From positions 39,179,335 through 39,243,334 of the forward strand of contig NC_057719.1 of assembly GCF_004010195.1 (NCBI RefSeq): DNA of 64,000 nt, in the 5' to 3' direction. The notes beneath the pieces are model-generated. The model saw only the letters and a program-made list of their open reading frames with translations, made no database searches and was not told the DNA's origin. Shown here piece after piece: positions 38,301 to 50,379 of the stretch. The DNA is from Chiloscyllium plagiosum (Eukaryota). A program made the translations under genes and the position numbers. Each line of letters begins with the position of its first letter. The first letter of the stretch is position 1.

Positions 38301-38665
38301 AAGGTATACAACATTATGAAAGACATAGACAGGATAGGTTATGATAATCTTTTCCCATGGCAGAAATGATGAAGACAACATGGCACACATTTAAAGTGAG
38401 GAGTAAGTAATTTAGAGGAGAACTGAGGAAAATTTGTTTGCCCAAAGGAAGATAGAAATATGCAACATGCCACCTGAGAAGATCATGGAGGCAGCTACTC
38501 TCGCTACATTAAAAAGCATCTTGGAGAACACTTAAAATGCCAGGGCATTGTTGGATATGAACCAAGTGCAGATAAATGGGATTAGTATTATTTGGTGTTT
38601 GTTACTCAATATAGACATGTTGAGCCAAAGAGCCTGTTTCTGTGCTATATGATTCCATGACTCTG
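35340..38665 (+). mobile_element. Degenerate CR1-clade LINE (ORF1 esterase, endonuclease, 3' RT region; central deletion)
   Basis: PLSNRYSML, VCCLPGAR and HVGTND motifs; IVGDFN; C-terminal RLREDMIKVY; CR1 tail near 38620-38665. Confidence 0.85.
37301..37597 (+). mobile_element. HE1/V-SINE-like element inserted in the CR1
   Basis: ggcggcatggtggctcagtagttagcactgctgcctc ... gggcctgtttccatactgtagggaatctaatc. Confidence 0.85.
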
Positions 38666-38886
38666 TGGTCAGCTAAGTAAAAACTCACTCATTTAGGGCT
38701 TTCTTCACAGTAGAAGACAAAAATAACATATCAGAAATTGTTTGGAATCAAGGTTCTAATTAGAGTGAGGAATTTAAAATAATTGCTTTTACCAAGGAAA
38801 ACCTAATTGATGAAAGCAGTGTAACCAAACCCTGATGGCCCATAATCCTGGATTTTGCATGACATGCCTCTAGACACTGGGGTTAT

Positions 38887-39109
38887 TGTGATAGAATTAG
38901 CCAGTTCGACCTCTTAGAATATGAGTTCCCTGATTGGGTCTGTTAATCAGGTCCAATCAGGGAGCTCTGGTTGACATAAAAGGATAAATGTTCGGGATAT
39001 TGCACTGCTGAATGTCCAACTGATTGACGGCATTGCTATTATCAAAGATTATGCATTTGTAAATACAGGGTGATTGGTGATAGGATGCTTTCCCTGAAGA
39101 GTTATTTCA
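38887..39109 (+). mobile_element. Short solo-LTR-like insertion in an old CR1 (about 38700-39760)
   Basis: TG...CA ends; internal inverted repeat gagttccctgattgg / ccaatcagggagctc; interrupts CR1-like sequence. Confidence 0.45.
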
Positions 39110-39764
39110 GGGGATACATCAATTTTGAAGTTCTGACATTTCCTCGACTTTCTGGAAATGGCCTCATGGATTGAAGTTAACAAATGTAAGCCAGCTATTC
39201 AAGAGAGGTTAGAGAAAGGAAACAGGGAACTAATGACCAAAAAGTGTGAAATAAATAGTATGGGAAATGCTAGAATCTACTGTTAAAGGAGTGATAATAT
39301 GGCACTTGAAGCATTCATCATATCAGCAGGGTTTATGACTAGGAATTTGACAAATCCATTAATGTTTTTGATTGATATAATTAGAAAACTAGAGAAAGGG
39401 TAACCAATGTATGTAATACTTTTGGGTTTTCAGAAGCTATTCAAGGTACCACAAAAATATGTTGTTACATAAAATAAGGGTGTGTGGAATTGCAAATAAT
39501 TTATTATTATGAACTGAGATTGGACACAAAGCAAATTAAGAATAAACAGGTCATTTCTGTATAGGCAGCATTGTAACAGGATCAGTGCTTGGGCCTTAAC
39601 TGTTTCCAATCTAGGGAGATGAATGTAATGTATTCAAGTTGCTGGTAAACAAGATTGACTAAGGCCTTTTCAAAACAGTTGTAAAGGACTATAGAGTGGT
39701 TTTCTAATTGAACAAGAAAAGTTGGACCATGTCATAGGGGAAGTGAGGAAGTATTCACTTTGGT

Positions 39765-40010
39765 AGGATTACCAGAGTCACCCCATAGCCTTCCCCCCAA
39801 TCTCAATGCTGGCTTCCTCAATCATACACTGGGAACTTTTGAACACAAGACCCTGTCTAGAGCCCGCAAGAAAATATTTGCATTTTGGGCTCCCCAAGCG
39901 ATGACATTCTTCCAGCTGCTGGTGGATGACAGAATTGACAAAATTGCCGTTATGTTCAATCTGTTTTGCAACAAAGTATAAATCTGGCGGTGGACCATCA
40001 TCAATAATAA
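39765..40010 (-). pseudogene. Harbinger/HARBI1-type DDE transposase remnant
   Basis: LNITAI...KNVIAWGAQNANIF...GGRLWGDSGNP follows the order of the SLNVQAIC, NVVARWPGSxHDAxIF and GxLLGDSGYP motifs. Confidence 0.55.
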
Positions 40011-40192
40011 CAAAAACGAAAGGATGAATTGATCATTGTATCAATTTATATCAGGTTTTGGGTAATGGTTACAGCTCATTTCAACTGACCACATCATCAA
40101 TACACATTGATAACTGTTCTGTCACCAGTGTCATATAATGTCTTTTTTAAAGTAGCTAAGAAGAGAAGTGTTTTTCTTTTCCATTTAACCAG

Positions 40193-40314
40193 GGACCTGA
40201 AGACAAAGTTCTCGAATCAGCCCTCCTTAAAATAGCTGAAATCATCAGACTAAAAGATGTTGATGCAATTATCATCGAAGTTGCTGCACTTTTTCGAGAT
40301 TTCCCAGATATTAG
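40193..40314 (+). CDS. TNFAIP2: TNFAIP2-like coding exon I
   Basis: ttaaccag|GGA ... AG|gtaaga; GPEDKVLESALLKIAEIIRLKDVDAIIIEVAALFRDFPDI(R); 122 nt. Confidence 0.92.
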
Positions 40315-42016
40315 GTAAGAACAGTCAGAAAATACAACTATACAACTCAAAAACACCAATACATCTGAACCTAACACTTATAACAAAGGAAAAACAGTGA
40401 CCTCTTACTAATTGAATTCTGTTCTTTTCCAAAAAAAAACAAATTTCCAAGGTAGTTAATCATATCATGTAGATTCTAAAGATTTTTAAATGTTCTTCTC
40501 AGTGTTTTAAGTTTTGTAGTCATCCTGATTATTTTGATAAGATATTTCCATTTTTTGAAAGATGCAAGAGTGTAAGGACAAAAATGTCTGTGTTTATTAA
40601 AAGGTAATGTTATTATAATATTTTCAGCAAAATCCTAAAAGTATGTATTCAATATATGGTGAGTGGAGCTGAACATAATAGCAAAAAAAATCCCAAATCA
40701 CAAAACCAGATAACTGCTATATATGACTCTGCCATGTTTTACTCAATTAAATGACATTTTCGTGCAATTTCCTGTTATTTCCTATTTTCCTCGAAAATTC
40801 TGGCAATCAGATCCAGCAAAAAATCTTTACAGGAACTGAGCGCACAGTCAGTTTATGTAGATATTACAGCTCCTTTCAGATATTCCAGACTGAATTTGAA
40901 TTGTTCAAAAGTGTTTGTGGCATTGTCTGAGAGCTAACTAAATGACACAGGATGCTGTCATGCCATGATCAGTTGCCATGCAAAAGCTGCAGTATATTTG
41001 CAATATATGGAAATCTCTGCAAACTGACTAATGCACAATAGGGCATGATTCTTTTTGGTATGCAAATAGCCTGTATGCAAATAATCTGATGTAACTCCAT
41101 AAAGATCCTTTCCCATTGAAAGATTTGTCTGGTGCTGCTTTTGACGTGCAGTCTTACACTCTGCATTGAATTAGCATTGGTCTCTTGATGTCATAGTAAT
41201 GATTGGAATTTGTGCTATGCTGTAAGGCTACGGGCAAAGTCTCTATTAAGTTCTACATGAATGAGTTTGGACTTTCCAAAATTGTAAAACTATGGTGCAT
41301 CACATGCAACAATTGCAAACCTCTGACTCAAGCCTCCCAATCCAGGCATAGCATCTGTTTCAAAGGGGCCCTGCAGCCACTTCCAGGGAGTTTTCCTATA
41401 GGTGACATAAAGTATCTGCTTCATTTTTGGAATATTGAGACCTTAGAGTTTGATATGCATTTAGTTGGCAATCCTATGGCAGGATACAAAACAAAATAAT
41501 TTTTAAAATGCTTGTGCAATTAATACAATCAAGTACATTTAACAGCTGCTTTAAAGCAATGGCATTATCAGAGTGAAAGTGGTTAAAGTGTGGGATCAGT
41601 CAACCTAGACAGCAATGTTCCTACAGAGTACTGTAGCTAATGTTGATTCTTTAGATTCCAGTATGGAAATGTCTTAAGTGCAATATCATATGCAATTGAA
41701 ACAAAAATTCAAAGAAGGCAAGTTCCAAAATTGAGAATTCTGATTCCTGTTTAAGCACAAGGATTTTATTATAATTGGATGATTCACTTCTAGAATTTTT
41801 GATTAAGTTAGCAATTCCCACATATATGCAGTCAGCTATTGACTATAGATTGTCAGTGTGCTGGACAGAATATTTATTCTTCAATTTTCTGTCGATTGTA
41901 TGAGAAACGAAGCTCACTGACTTCAATAATTTCAGTCCGAGACAAGATTTGAATCAGTAGTTCATTTATTTCGCTCTTGCAAGAGGGATGTGGTATCTAC
42001 TGTGTACAAAGGCAGT

Positions 42017-42037
42017 CACACACACACACACACACAC
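42017..42037. repeat. (CA)n microsatellite
   Basis: About 10 CA units; a shorter (TG)n occurs at 2637-2651. Confidence 0.9.
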
Positions 42038-42691
42038 TGAATTCAACTAGTCCACAATATTTATGTAATTCATTCCTATTCCCTCCTCCCATTGCTCCTC
42101 CCCTATTTACATCTCCCACTTCTGAAAGACCGGTGCCCATTACTCTTGTTCATCTCTTGCCTTATCCAGCCTTGTCTATGACAAAATGCTTATTTCTGGC
42201 CTCACAAAGCCGTTTGACCACATCCTGCTGTGGTCCATTGTTAGGTATATCCTCCTTCACTACCATCTGTTTCCCTTACTTGTTATGACCTCATGACTTC
42301 TTGATTGTGGTTTGTTCTTGTTTTTGCAGAAGAGGGAAATAGATGTGTATAACTACTGTCTGTACAGGCATATTAACCCCCTCCCCTCACAGTACCTTAT
42401 CTATTTGTCTGTAACACCTACCATTGTTTGCAGGCACATTTCACTCTTGTATGCACACTTTAGCTATTACAAAAGCAATTATGTATTTCCTTCACATAGT
42501 TTTCATTCTTGTTGACTCAGCTCTTGGCTGAAACAATTATACACTGGTGTGAGTTCATTTACCTTGCATAAGTAATTATGATTGCAGAAGTAACACTACT
42601 TTATCTATATCCCACAATTGTAAATGTAGCTTTTGTTTCAATGAAACTCTTTTCAACTGTTCATCCTAATCAAATGGTCCATTCTCTGCAG

Positions 42692-42848
42692 AAAGGGGCA
42701 TGTTAGAGCTATCTTGTCCATGAAAGTCAGCGTGAAAAGATCAGATGAAAAGAAGATTCTGAAAATTCTCAACACACCAATGAATGACTCCAATTCTTCC
42801 ATAGAGAGGAAACTCTTTTCCAATCCTACCTTATTTAAGGCTCTCTAG
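42692..42848 (+). CDS. TNFAIP2: TNFAIP2-like terminal coding exon
   Basis: ttctctgcag|A AAG GGG CAT...; KGHVRAILSMKVSVKRSDEKKILKILNTPMNDSNSSIERKLFSNPTLFKAL*; TAG at 42846-42848. Confidence 0.9.
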
Positions 42849-43973
42849 AAATCATCGAGAAAGCATCAAAAGAGTGATTTATTTTACTAAACAACAAACA
42901 GATCATTGTTGAATAATAACTTGTCACTTTGTTTATACAATGGAGTGTTTCCTACTGTGACACACTCACCAGCCTGTGGTTGCTGTCTAAATAGAAAAAT
43001 AAGTACTTGCATTTTATGGAGCACTTGTCCTCAGCATATCTGAAAGAACTTTATTTCTTTCGGGATTTCTGACTACATTGTTACAGAACATTCCTGGCCT
43101 AATATGTGGTAAAATGCAAATTTACCTCTAACTTATATTTGTACATTCGGATTCAAACAGTGTATTGCAGATATATTGACACTCTACTGTTAGTTCAGAT
43201 CCTGCTGCTGCTTTGACATCATTATTCATCAAAGCAAGTGGCAGCAGTGGTGAGAGTCATTATCAAATTATGTTGACTGATTCTGCTTTTGCATAGTTGG
43301 AGGAGCAGTGGATAAGAAATAGTCTATCTGACTAATAATAGACAGGAGTGACCGGCTGACATTAAACAGAACAACAAACTGCTCCATAACGAGGTCCTGA
43401 TCGGGTCTGAAAGCCACACTGCAATGGTTCACATTCAAGGCAATTTTTGTACAGAAAGCAAAATCATTCTGAAAATGTCAAGAATATAATCCATTCAAAG
43501 TTTTTTTCAAATTTTTTTTTACATTTTCATAAGATGTGTGTATTGTTGGCAAGGCCAGTGTCTGTTGCCCATCCCTAATTGTCCTTGAACTGAGTGACTT
43601 GCCATGCCATTTCAGAGGGTAGTTGATAGTTAAACATCTTGCCAGGGGTCTGAATTGACATGTCGCTCAGACTTAGTAAGGACAGTAGGTTTTCTCCCCT
43701 GAAGGATGGTAAACAAGATGACTTTCTACAACCGTTTGATTGATTCATGATTTCTATAAAATCGAGTCTTTGTTGTTAGATCATAAAACCCCTACAGTGT
43801 GGAAGCAGGCCATTTGGCCCATTGAGTCCACACAGACCCTCTAAAGAATTTTAAAATATTTTATATACAAACAATTTTCACACTTGGATTATGAAGTTTG
43901 TTATTATTTTCCAGGCCAATTGTCACAGATCACTAGGTGTTGCATCTTAGTAGGAGAGACACAATTATTGAGT

Positions 43974-44156
43974 TAAAAATCACACAACACCAGGTTATAG
44001 CCCAACAGCTTTATTTGGAAGCACTAGCAGGTGGTTGTGATGAAGGAGCAGCACTCTTCCATATAAGGTGCTTCCATATAAATCTGTTGGACTATAACCT
44101 GGTGTCGTGTGATTTTTAATTTTGTACACCCCAGTCCAACACTAGCATCTCCAAAT
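43974..44156. mobile_element. PLE-type fold-back insertion with 14-bp TSD
   Basis: TSD cacaattattgagt at 43960-43973 and 44157-44170; inverted arms of about 50 bp. Confidence 0.8.
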
Positions 44157-44881
44157 CACAATTATTGAGTATCTTGTGACATAACAATAAAACAGGGATA
44201 GCTATAATTTTTTTTAAAACGTACTGTCTACTGATTACATTTGGTGCTAATGAGCTTCTTTGAAAACAGTAAATTAGAAATAACTAATGATAGGACCAGA
44301 GAGTGAACTGTCAATACTTCTGTATCCTGTATTGTAGCATACATTAAATGGTTTAATAACCACACTAAACAGAAGGAAGGGGAAAGCCAAATGGAACATC
44401 ATAAACATTTGTTGATGCTGTGAACAATTATTTTGGGCTACTCTGTTTAAGTTGTCAGTATTTTAACAGCTGGTTATCTGTGAGAGCATTTAACAATTTT
44501 TATGTTATAATTCATGTTACTTTTCTTCAACTGTCATTTAGTTAAAGTATATAGATACAGCTGCATAAATATTTCTGCACAGAGTTCTACAGAATTAAAA
44601 ATGTTTGTGTAGTTTCCAAATATACCTAAAACTAAAATATGCAATGTAATAGACTTAAAATTTCCAAAGCAAATATAATTGCTATGTTAGATGTTAACTC
44701 TAATTGTGCAGGCTTGTGTTCTAGCATTATTTATACAGTATTAAAAATCTTTACTTGTGTTTTTTTTCTAATGCATATATAAAATAATGTGCCTTTTAAA
44801 CAAATTTCTGTAATATTCTCTGTTGGAAGCACATTGAAAGGCTTAACCACATTGTTACTGGCTGTGTTCGAGTTCTTCAAC

Positions 44882-44934
44882 AATAAAACAAAATGTAGTA
44901 GTTATTCAACTTTTTATTTGGGTTTTTCAGTGTC
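44882..44934 (+). terminator. Candidate polyadenylation signal of the TNFAIP2-like gene
   Basis: AATAAA at 44882-44887 followed about 25 nt later by a U/GU-rich tract, at the end of an AT-rich stretch. An alternative AATAAA lies near 44186. Confidence 0.5.
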
Positions 44935-46153
44935 TTAACCAGACATGTTATATAACACAGTTTCTAGTTTGCAAATTGAAGTTCATACACAGTGTTGGCT
45001 CCAAGCTCCATTTGATGTTCCTCTGAAGCTCATGTAACTGAACACATACTGAGCAACGTAAAGGGCTGCATGGAGAAAGAAGCGCAAAGGGTGATAGGTG
45101 GATGGTATGAGTTGGCACTGAGCTGGCATAGGAATTATAAAGAGTCATGGACATAATTGGGGTTATATAGGGCATGAGGATTCATAGGAGGTGGGTACAA
45201 GACGATGGGTTGGCATAAGTGATATGAGGGACTACAGGGGTGGGTGCAAGAGTGTAGTTTGAAAGTGATAGTACAAGTTGAGTGAGAGGAATGAAAGATG
45301 ACAGCAGGAGAAGTAGTTTCTGTTTTAATCTTTATTTAAGCACTGTGCTGGATTCCTGAGGCAGGATTTCCACCCGGCCCATTTTGGGGGCTGAGACCTG
45401 CCTCAACTTGCAATCCAGCCCAAGTTGAAAGTCTGATGTTTGGTGGTCATTTTTAAAGGTCAGGTTTGCCTGCTGGGATTTCTCTGGGGTCTGCTTCTTC
45501 AAGCGGGTAACAAAACTTTGGGCCACATTTGTGCATCCTAATTGTCCAAACTCCATAAAATATAGGCCTACGAGCCCAATTTATTCATTCTTTTATGATG
45601 GGACAATCCTTTCATCATAGGAACTAATTTAGTGAGTGTTAATTGTCCCACCTCCAATACATTACACTTCCTTAAATATGGAGATCCAACCTCTGGGACT
45701 CAAATTCCATGGCAGTAAAAGCTGGCTCTAAATGGTGACAGGAAATTACAATTTTGATCCCAGTCAGCACTGGTCATTTATCAATGAGCAACAGGAGGCC
45801 GGTTCATTGTTTGTAATTCAACCAACAATCAGGGATAAATGGGCAAAAGAAAATCCCGAATCTTTAATCTGAAAACTTATTACACTGCACTGAGTACTTT
45901 GTCCAACCATAAACTCTGTCAATGTAACCAAAACCACTTTCCTTTTCAGCATGATTTCTGCGGCAAATAGGAACAGCAGAATCAATAATGTTTTGCTGTG
46001 AATTGCTGTGGGCAGTATCTGCTTTGTATCGTAAATAAGGGATTTCACAGCCAGCAATCCACTGTGGCCCAGTTACCACCCTCAACAACCGTTATTGACT
46101 CAGCATAAGGAGGACAGGAATCAAGTCTGTATCAACTTACCACTAACTTTATT

Positions 46154-46274
46154 GGAAACAAAAATAGAGATTACTGAAAAAGCTCAGCAGGTCTGGCAGC
46201 ATCTGTGGAGAGAAATCAGAGTTAATGTATTGGTTGAGTGACCCTTCCTCAAAACAGACGCTTCTTCAGAATCT
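46154..46274 (-). mobile_element. Short PLE terminal-repeat insertion with 13-bp TSD
   Basis: TSD cactaactttatt at 46141-46153 and 46275-46287. Confidence 0.8.
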
Positions 46275-48309
46275 CACTAACTTTATTAGTCTAGTTCAAA
46301 CAGACATACATTTCCTACTATTTGGTTAAGGAAAGGTTAACAGCAAGCATGCAATTTGTACAAGACTCGAAACTAAATACTCCCCATTGGTTTCCATGAC
46401 AGTCCCTCCTGAACAGTTAACAAAAATAAAGGCTAATATCCCAGAAAAGAAGATTACTCTGGCCAGGCGATTTCTCCATGTGTAGGGGTTATCTCCACAC
46501 TTCCAAGCAGAGGGTCCACATCTTCGTGAAGGTTGCTGTTCAGAGCTTTTGTTGCTAGCAAGCCAAATTCCTTCATTTTTATCTTTCTTCTTTATCTTCC
46601 CAAACCGTGGTGTCTTGTCCTTTTTAGCTCTTAGCTCATCTGACGAGCTGGTGTCTTTCCACTATAGGCTCACTTCAAGGACTCCATAAGGATTACCTCA
46701 TTAGTCTTCCACCAAATAAGGACTTTACACCTTATGTCATCCCTCAGGGCTAATCTGGTTCAAGCCAGTGTCTAGGGCGGGTGTAACTCCTGTTGGCAAG
46801 CTTGCTGTTTTTAAATGTGGACAACTCCTGGCCAACACCACAGTTCCCTGGCCAAAATTTTGTAAACCTGATCCCAGATTAAGCCATGATGTGGAAGTAC
46901 CGGTGTTGGACTAGGGTGAGCAAAGTTAAAAATCACAACACCAGGTTATTGACCAACAGGTTTATTTGGAAGCACTGGTCTCAAACCAATCTTACTGTTG
47001 TTCATCGCCTACTATATATTTTTCTGCCTTTATCTAAAATACTTAGGATACTTGTGCCACACGCACAGCTGTAGGAGAATGAATTACCAAAAACCTCAGA
47101 TCTACAGTTTTTCATGCTTAGACTTACATCAATTGGTAGAATTTCCTTTTTAATTGTTTTATTATGATCCCAATAGATGTTAATACTGGACAAATCAGAT
47201 CCCAGAGTGAAGCCTGGCTCAGAAAATCATAAGCTTAATTTTTGCAGTTGGTTACTGTGGCGGTTAGTCACTGAAGATACTCACACAAGGCTATAAATGG
47301 TCTCTAACAAAAGAACACAAGTTTATTACAGAAAAGCAGAAAATAAACAGAACCCTCTCTACATATGTACATAAGACATTTTAGAAAGATCTAAACCTAA
47401 ACACTAAAGCAAAATATCAACCTGTTTTCCAGCAAAATCTTTGAAGTCATTCATCCCTGAAGTGTCTCTCCTTTCTTAACTCTTTAATTTCTGATTTAGC
47501 TGACACTTTCATTTTGAGAGCCCAGAGATACCTTTCCAGTTCAGAAGCCTGGATTCCTTGTCCTTCCTGATGGCCTAAACCTCTTTTCAGTTCTGACAAC
47601 TTGCAAACTTCTACACAAACTCTCAGAGTCTTCTCAAACCTAACCCGTCCTTCTCGGAATGGAAACCCAGATTCCTCTGAACTGATATCAAATAGGGAAC
47701 TCAATGAAATCTGCCTCTTAGCTCTCTGTGTTTTGTACGTTCAACGTCTTAAGCATTTCTTCACTTAACAGCACAGATATCCTGTGAAACTACCTCCACA
47801 GAAATGAAACCACACATCCATTTTGTCTCTCATTGGTGAACAGAGCATATTCCATCTCTAAGGACACCCAAGCACAAACATAGCCACACAAGTTGGGAAT
47901 TAAGACCTCCTCCACAGCCTAGCAAGTTAGCTGTTTTTTTTAATGCCCCAACTTACTCAATGATGCTGTCGTCCACCTCTGGAGCAATGGGAAATGAACC
48001 CAGGTTTCCTGGCTCTGGCACTGCACCACAAGAGCCCATGCAAGTTAGTTGCTTTGTTTTTCATGTCCAGAAGTGGTCTTATGCACAACTGAATGTTTTT
48101 GTTCCCTTCACCAAATCACCCAGGATACTTTTTCAAACCATCTGTGTTTCCCAATTGATGAATTTACATGCAAAGCCCACACCCCTCCACACTGGATGCT
48201 CAAAGATCAGGAGCGTGAAGCTGAAGTGAAACCAAATACACACCAAAAGATTTTTTCAAATAACTAAAACAGGGCTGCAACCACTCAAAACCAATCTGTA
48301 CACAGTACC

Positions 48310-49480
48310 AGTTTAACAGCTTCAATTAGGATAATTAGCTGCCATTTCTGCCACCTCCAGTGTGATGCCACACCAGACACACATCCCCCTCCCCTCTCCT
48401 GTCAGCCTTCCATAAGGACCTTCCCCCGGGACACCCTGGTCCACTCCTCTTTTACTTCCAATGCCCCCACAGTCCTACGACACTTTCCCCTGCAACTGCA
48501 GAAGGTGTGATACCTATCCATTTAGTTCCTTCCTCCTCAGTATCCAAGGGCCCAAACACACCTTCCAGGTGTCACCTGCACTTCACGCAATCTAGTCTAC
48601 TGCATTCACTGCTCACCATGTGGTCTCCTCCACATTGGGGAAACAAACCTTAGACTGGGTGATCGCTTCGCAGAACATCTACATTCTGCACACAGAAAAG
48701 AACCCGAGCTTCCAGTTGCCTGCCACTTTAACACACCACCCTGTTGCCTGGCCAACATCTCTGTCTCAGGCTTGCTGCAGTGCTCCTGCGCAGCTCAGTA
48801 CAAGCTGGAAGAACAGAAACCGAAAGAACTGTGGATGCTGTAAATCAGAAACAAAAACAGAAGTTGCTGGAAAAGCTTGGCAGGTCTGGCAGCATCTGTG
48901 GAGAGAAATCAGGTCTAGTGACCCTTCCTCAGAAGGGTTATGAAGAAAGGTCATGGGAAATGAAAAGTTAACTCTGATTTCTCTGCACAGATGCTGCCAG
49001 ACCTGCCAAGCTTTTCCAGCAACTTCTGTTTTTGTTTCTGGAAGAACAACACCTCATTTTCCATTTTGGGAACTCTACAGCCTTCTGGACTCAATATCAC
49101 AATGAACAATTTTAGGGCATGAGACACCTTCTTCTATGTCATTGCCCAACTCCCATACAAGATGCCTTGTTATCACATGGTCTGCTTTTACACACAACCC
49201 ATTGTTAGCTACTGATTATCCCCATTAGTAGCTTTTCAGCCTCTAGCCAGATCGTCATTCACTTCTTTGTCTGTCCAACTGTTTTCTCTCTTTGGGCTCT
49301 ATCTCCACCTATTATTTACTCCTTACCCTTTTCCTCCCACCCTATCTTCTGCCTTAAAAAACATTTTCCTAGTTAGCATCAGAACTGAGGAAGGGTCACT
49401 GGACTTGAAACGTTAACTTTGGTTTCTCTCTACAGATGCTTCCGGATGTGCTGAATTTTTCCAGTAATTTCTGTTTTTGT
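48310..49480 (+). mobile_element. Penelope-like (Neptune-type) 3' portion: zinc knuckle, GIY-YIG endonuclease, terminal repeat
   Basis: TFPCNCRRC..., TCTSRNLVYCIHCSPCGLLHIGETNLRLGDRFAEHL...PVACHFN, LEEQHLIF..GTLQPSGLNI; hammerhead-like CTGAGGA-A-GGGTC-ACTG-GACTT-GAAA-CG-TT at 49385-49414. Confidence 0.85.
48816..49037. mobile_element. PLE fold-back nested in the PLE endonuclease region, 11-bp TSD
   Basis: TSD ctggaagaaca at 48805-48815 and 49038-49048; inverted arms of about 65 bp. Confidence 0.85.
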
Positions 49481-50379
49481 AGCGGCTTCGGCTGTTGGAC
49501 CAAGAGAAATCAGCTGGCGGCATTGGATGAGCAATCAGTCTTAAGCCATAGGTTGCCAAGGTAGAAGACAGTTGTCATAACTTGAATGAAAGCAATATAT
49601 GCATGTATCCTGTAATACAATTGTCTGCGTTAAACACCATCCATGACTTATTTGAAGTAATTAACAGTTTATGCAAATGTCAGTATTTCAAGTCCCATGG
49701 TGGAATTTGTATGCACTTTTTTTTCTTATTTTGGGGAGTCTGAAATTACAATATGATGTAAATTGTCAGACTAGTTCTTTTATATAACTTAAATTAGTCA
49801 AATAAAGCAGCTGGTTTATGGAAAAATAAGTATGCTGTGCCAGATGGATAGAAACAAATTGGTCTTTTAAAATCTCTTACCACAATGGAAATGTAACCTC
49901 AGTGGGTATTGGAGGGGATTTCTTTCTGAAAAGAAACAGGCATTGCAGTAATGAATAGAAATTGTTATCAGCATTGATTCCAAAATTATAGGAAATTGCA
50001 TGCTTAGCAATTGTCCTAGTCATCACTCTTTGAAAGACAACAGGGTGCTGATAAAGTACAAAATTAAATTGTGTCGGTATATGTCAATCCAGTTCAAAAT
50101 CACTGATGATATATCTATAATTAATACTTTTGGAAATCTGAAATTTTTTTGTAGTGCATTATTTAGCCAGTAAGCTGAGAAAAATCCTATACAATCCAAC
50201 ACACAGCAAATTTCACAAACATTTTTATTACCTGGACTTCAGTATGCAGTTTTTTTTTGAAGTTCAGATTTTATGGGGCCAAAATAAACTAGATTGGAAC
50301 ATGCCAGGACAGTTGTTGACTCTTCCATACTTTAATTCCAGCCGCTGGGCTTCCACTTTCTATCTCAGACTTAAATATC

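Larger units (their letters stand above)
8829..42848 (+). other. TNFAIP2: TNFAIP2-like (Sec6/EXOC3 family) gene span, 10 coding exons visible, 5' exon(s) not found
   Basis: Spliced CDS of 1757 nt plus one base needed from an upstream exon (about 585 aa), with no stops. Motifs RPRQW, CYHSELPIDIIQ, AEIIRLKD..AI.IEVA..FPD and KGHVRAIL match TNFAIP2/EXOC3L4. Exact paralog identity is not resolved. Confidence 0.85.
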
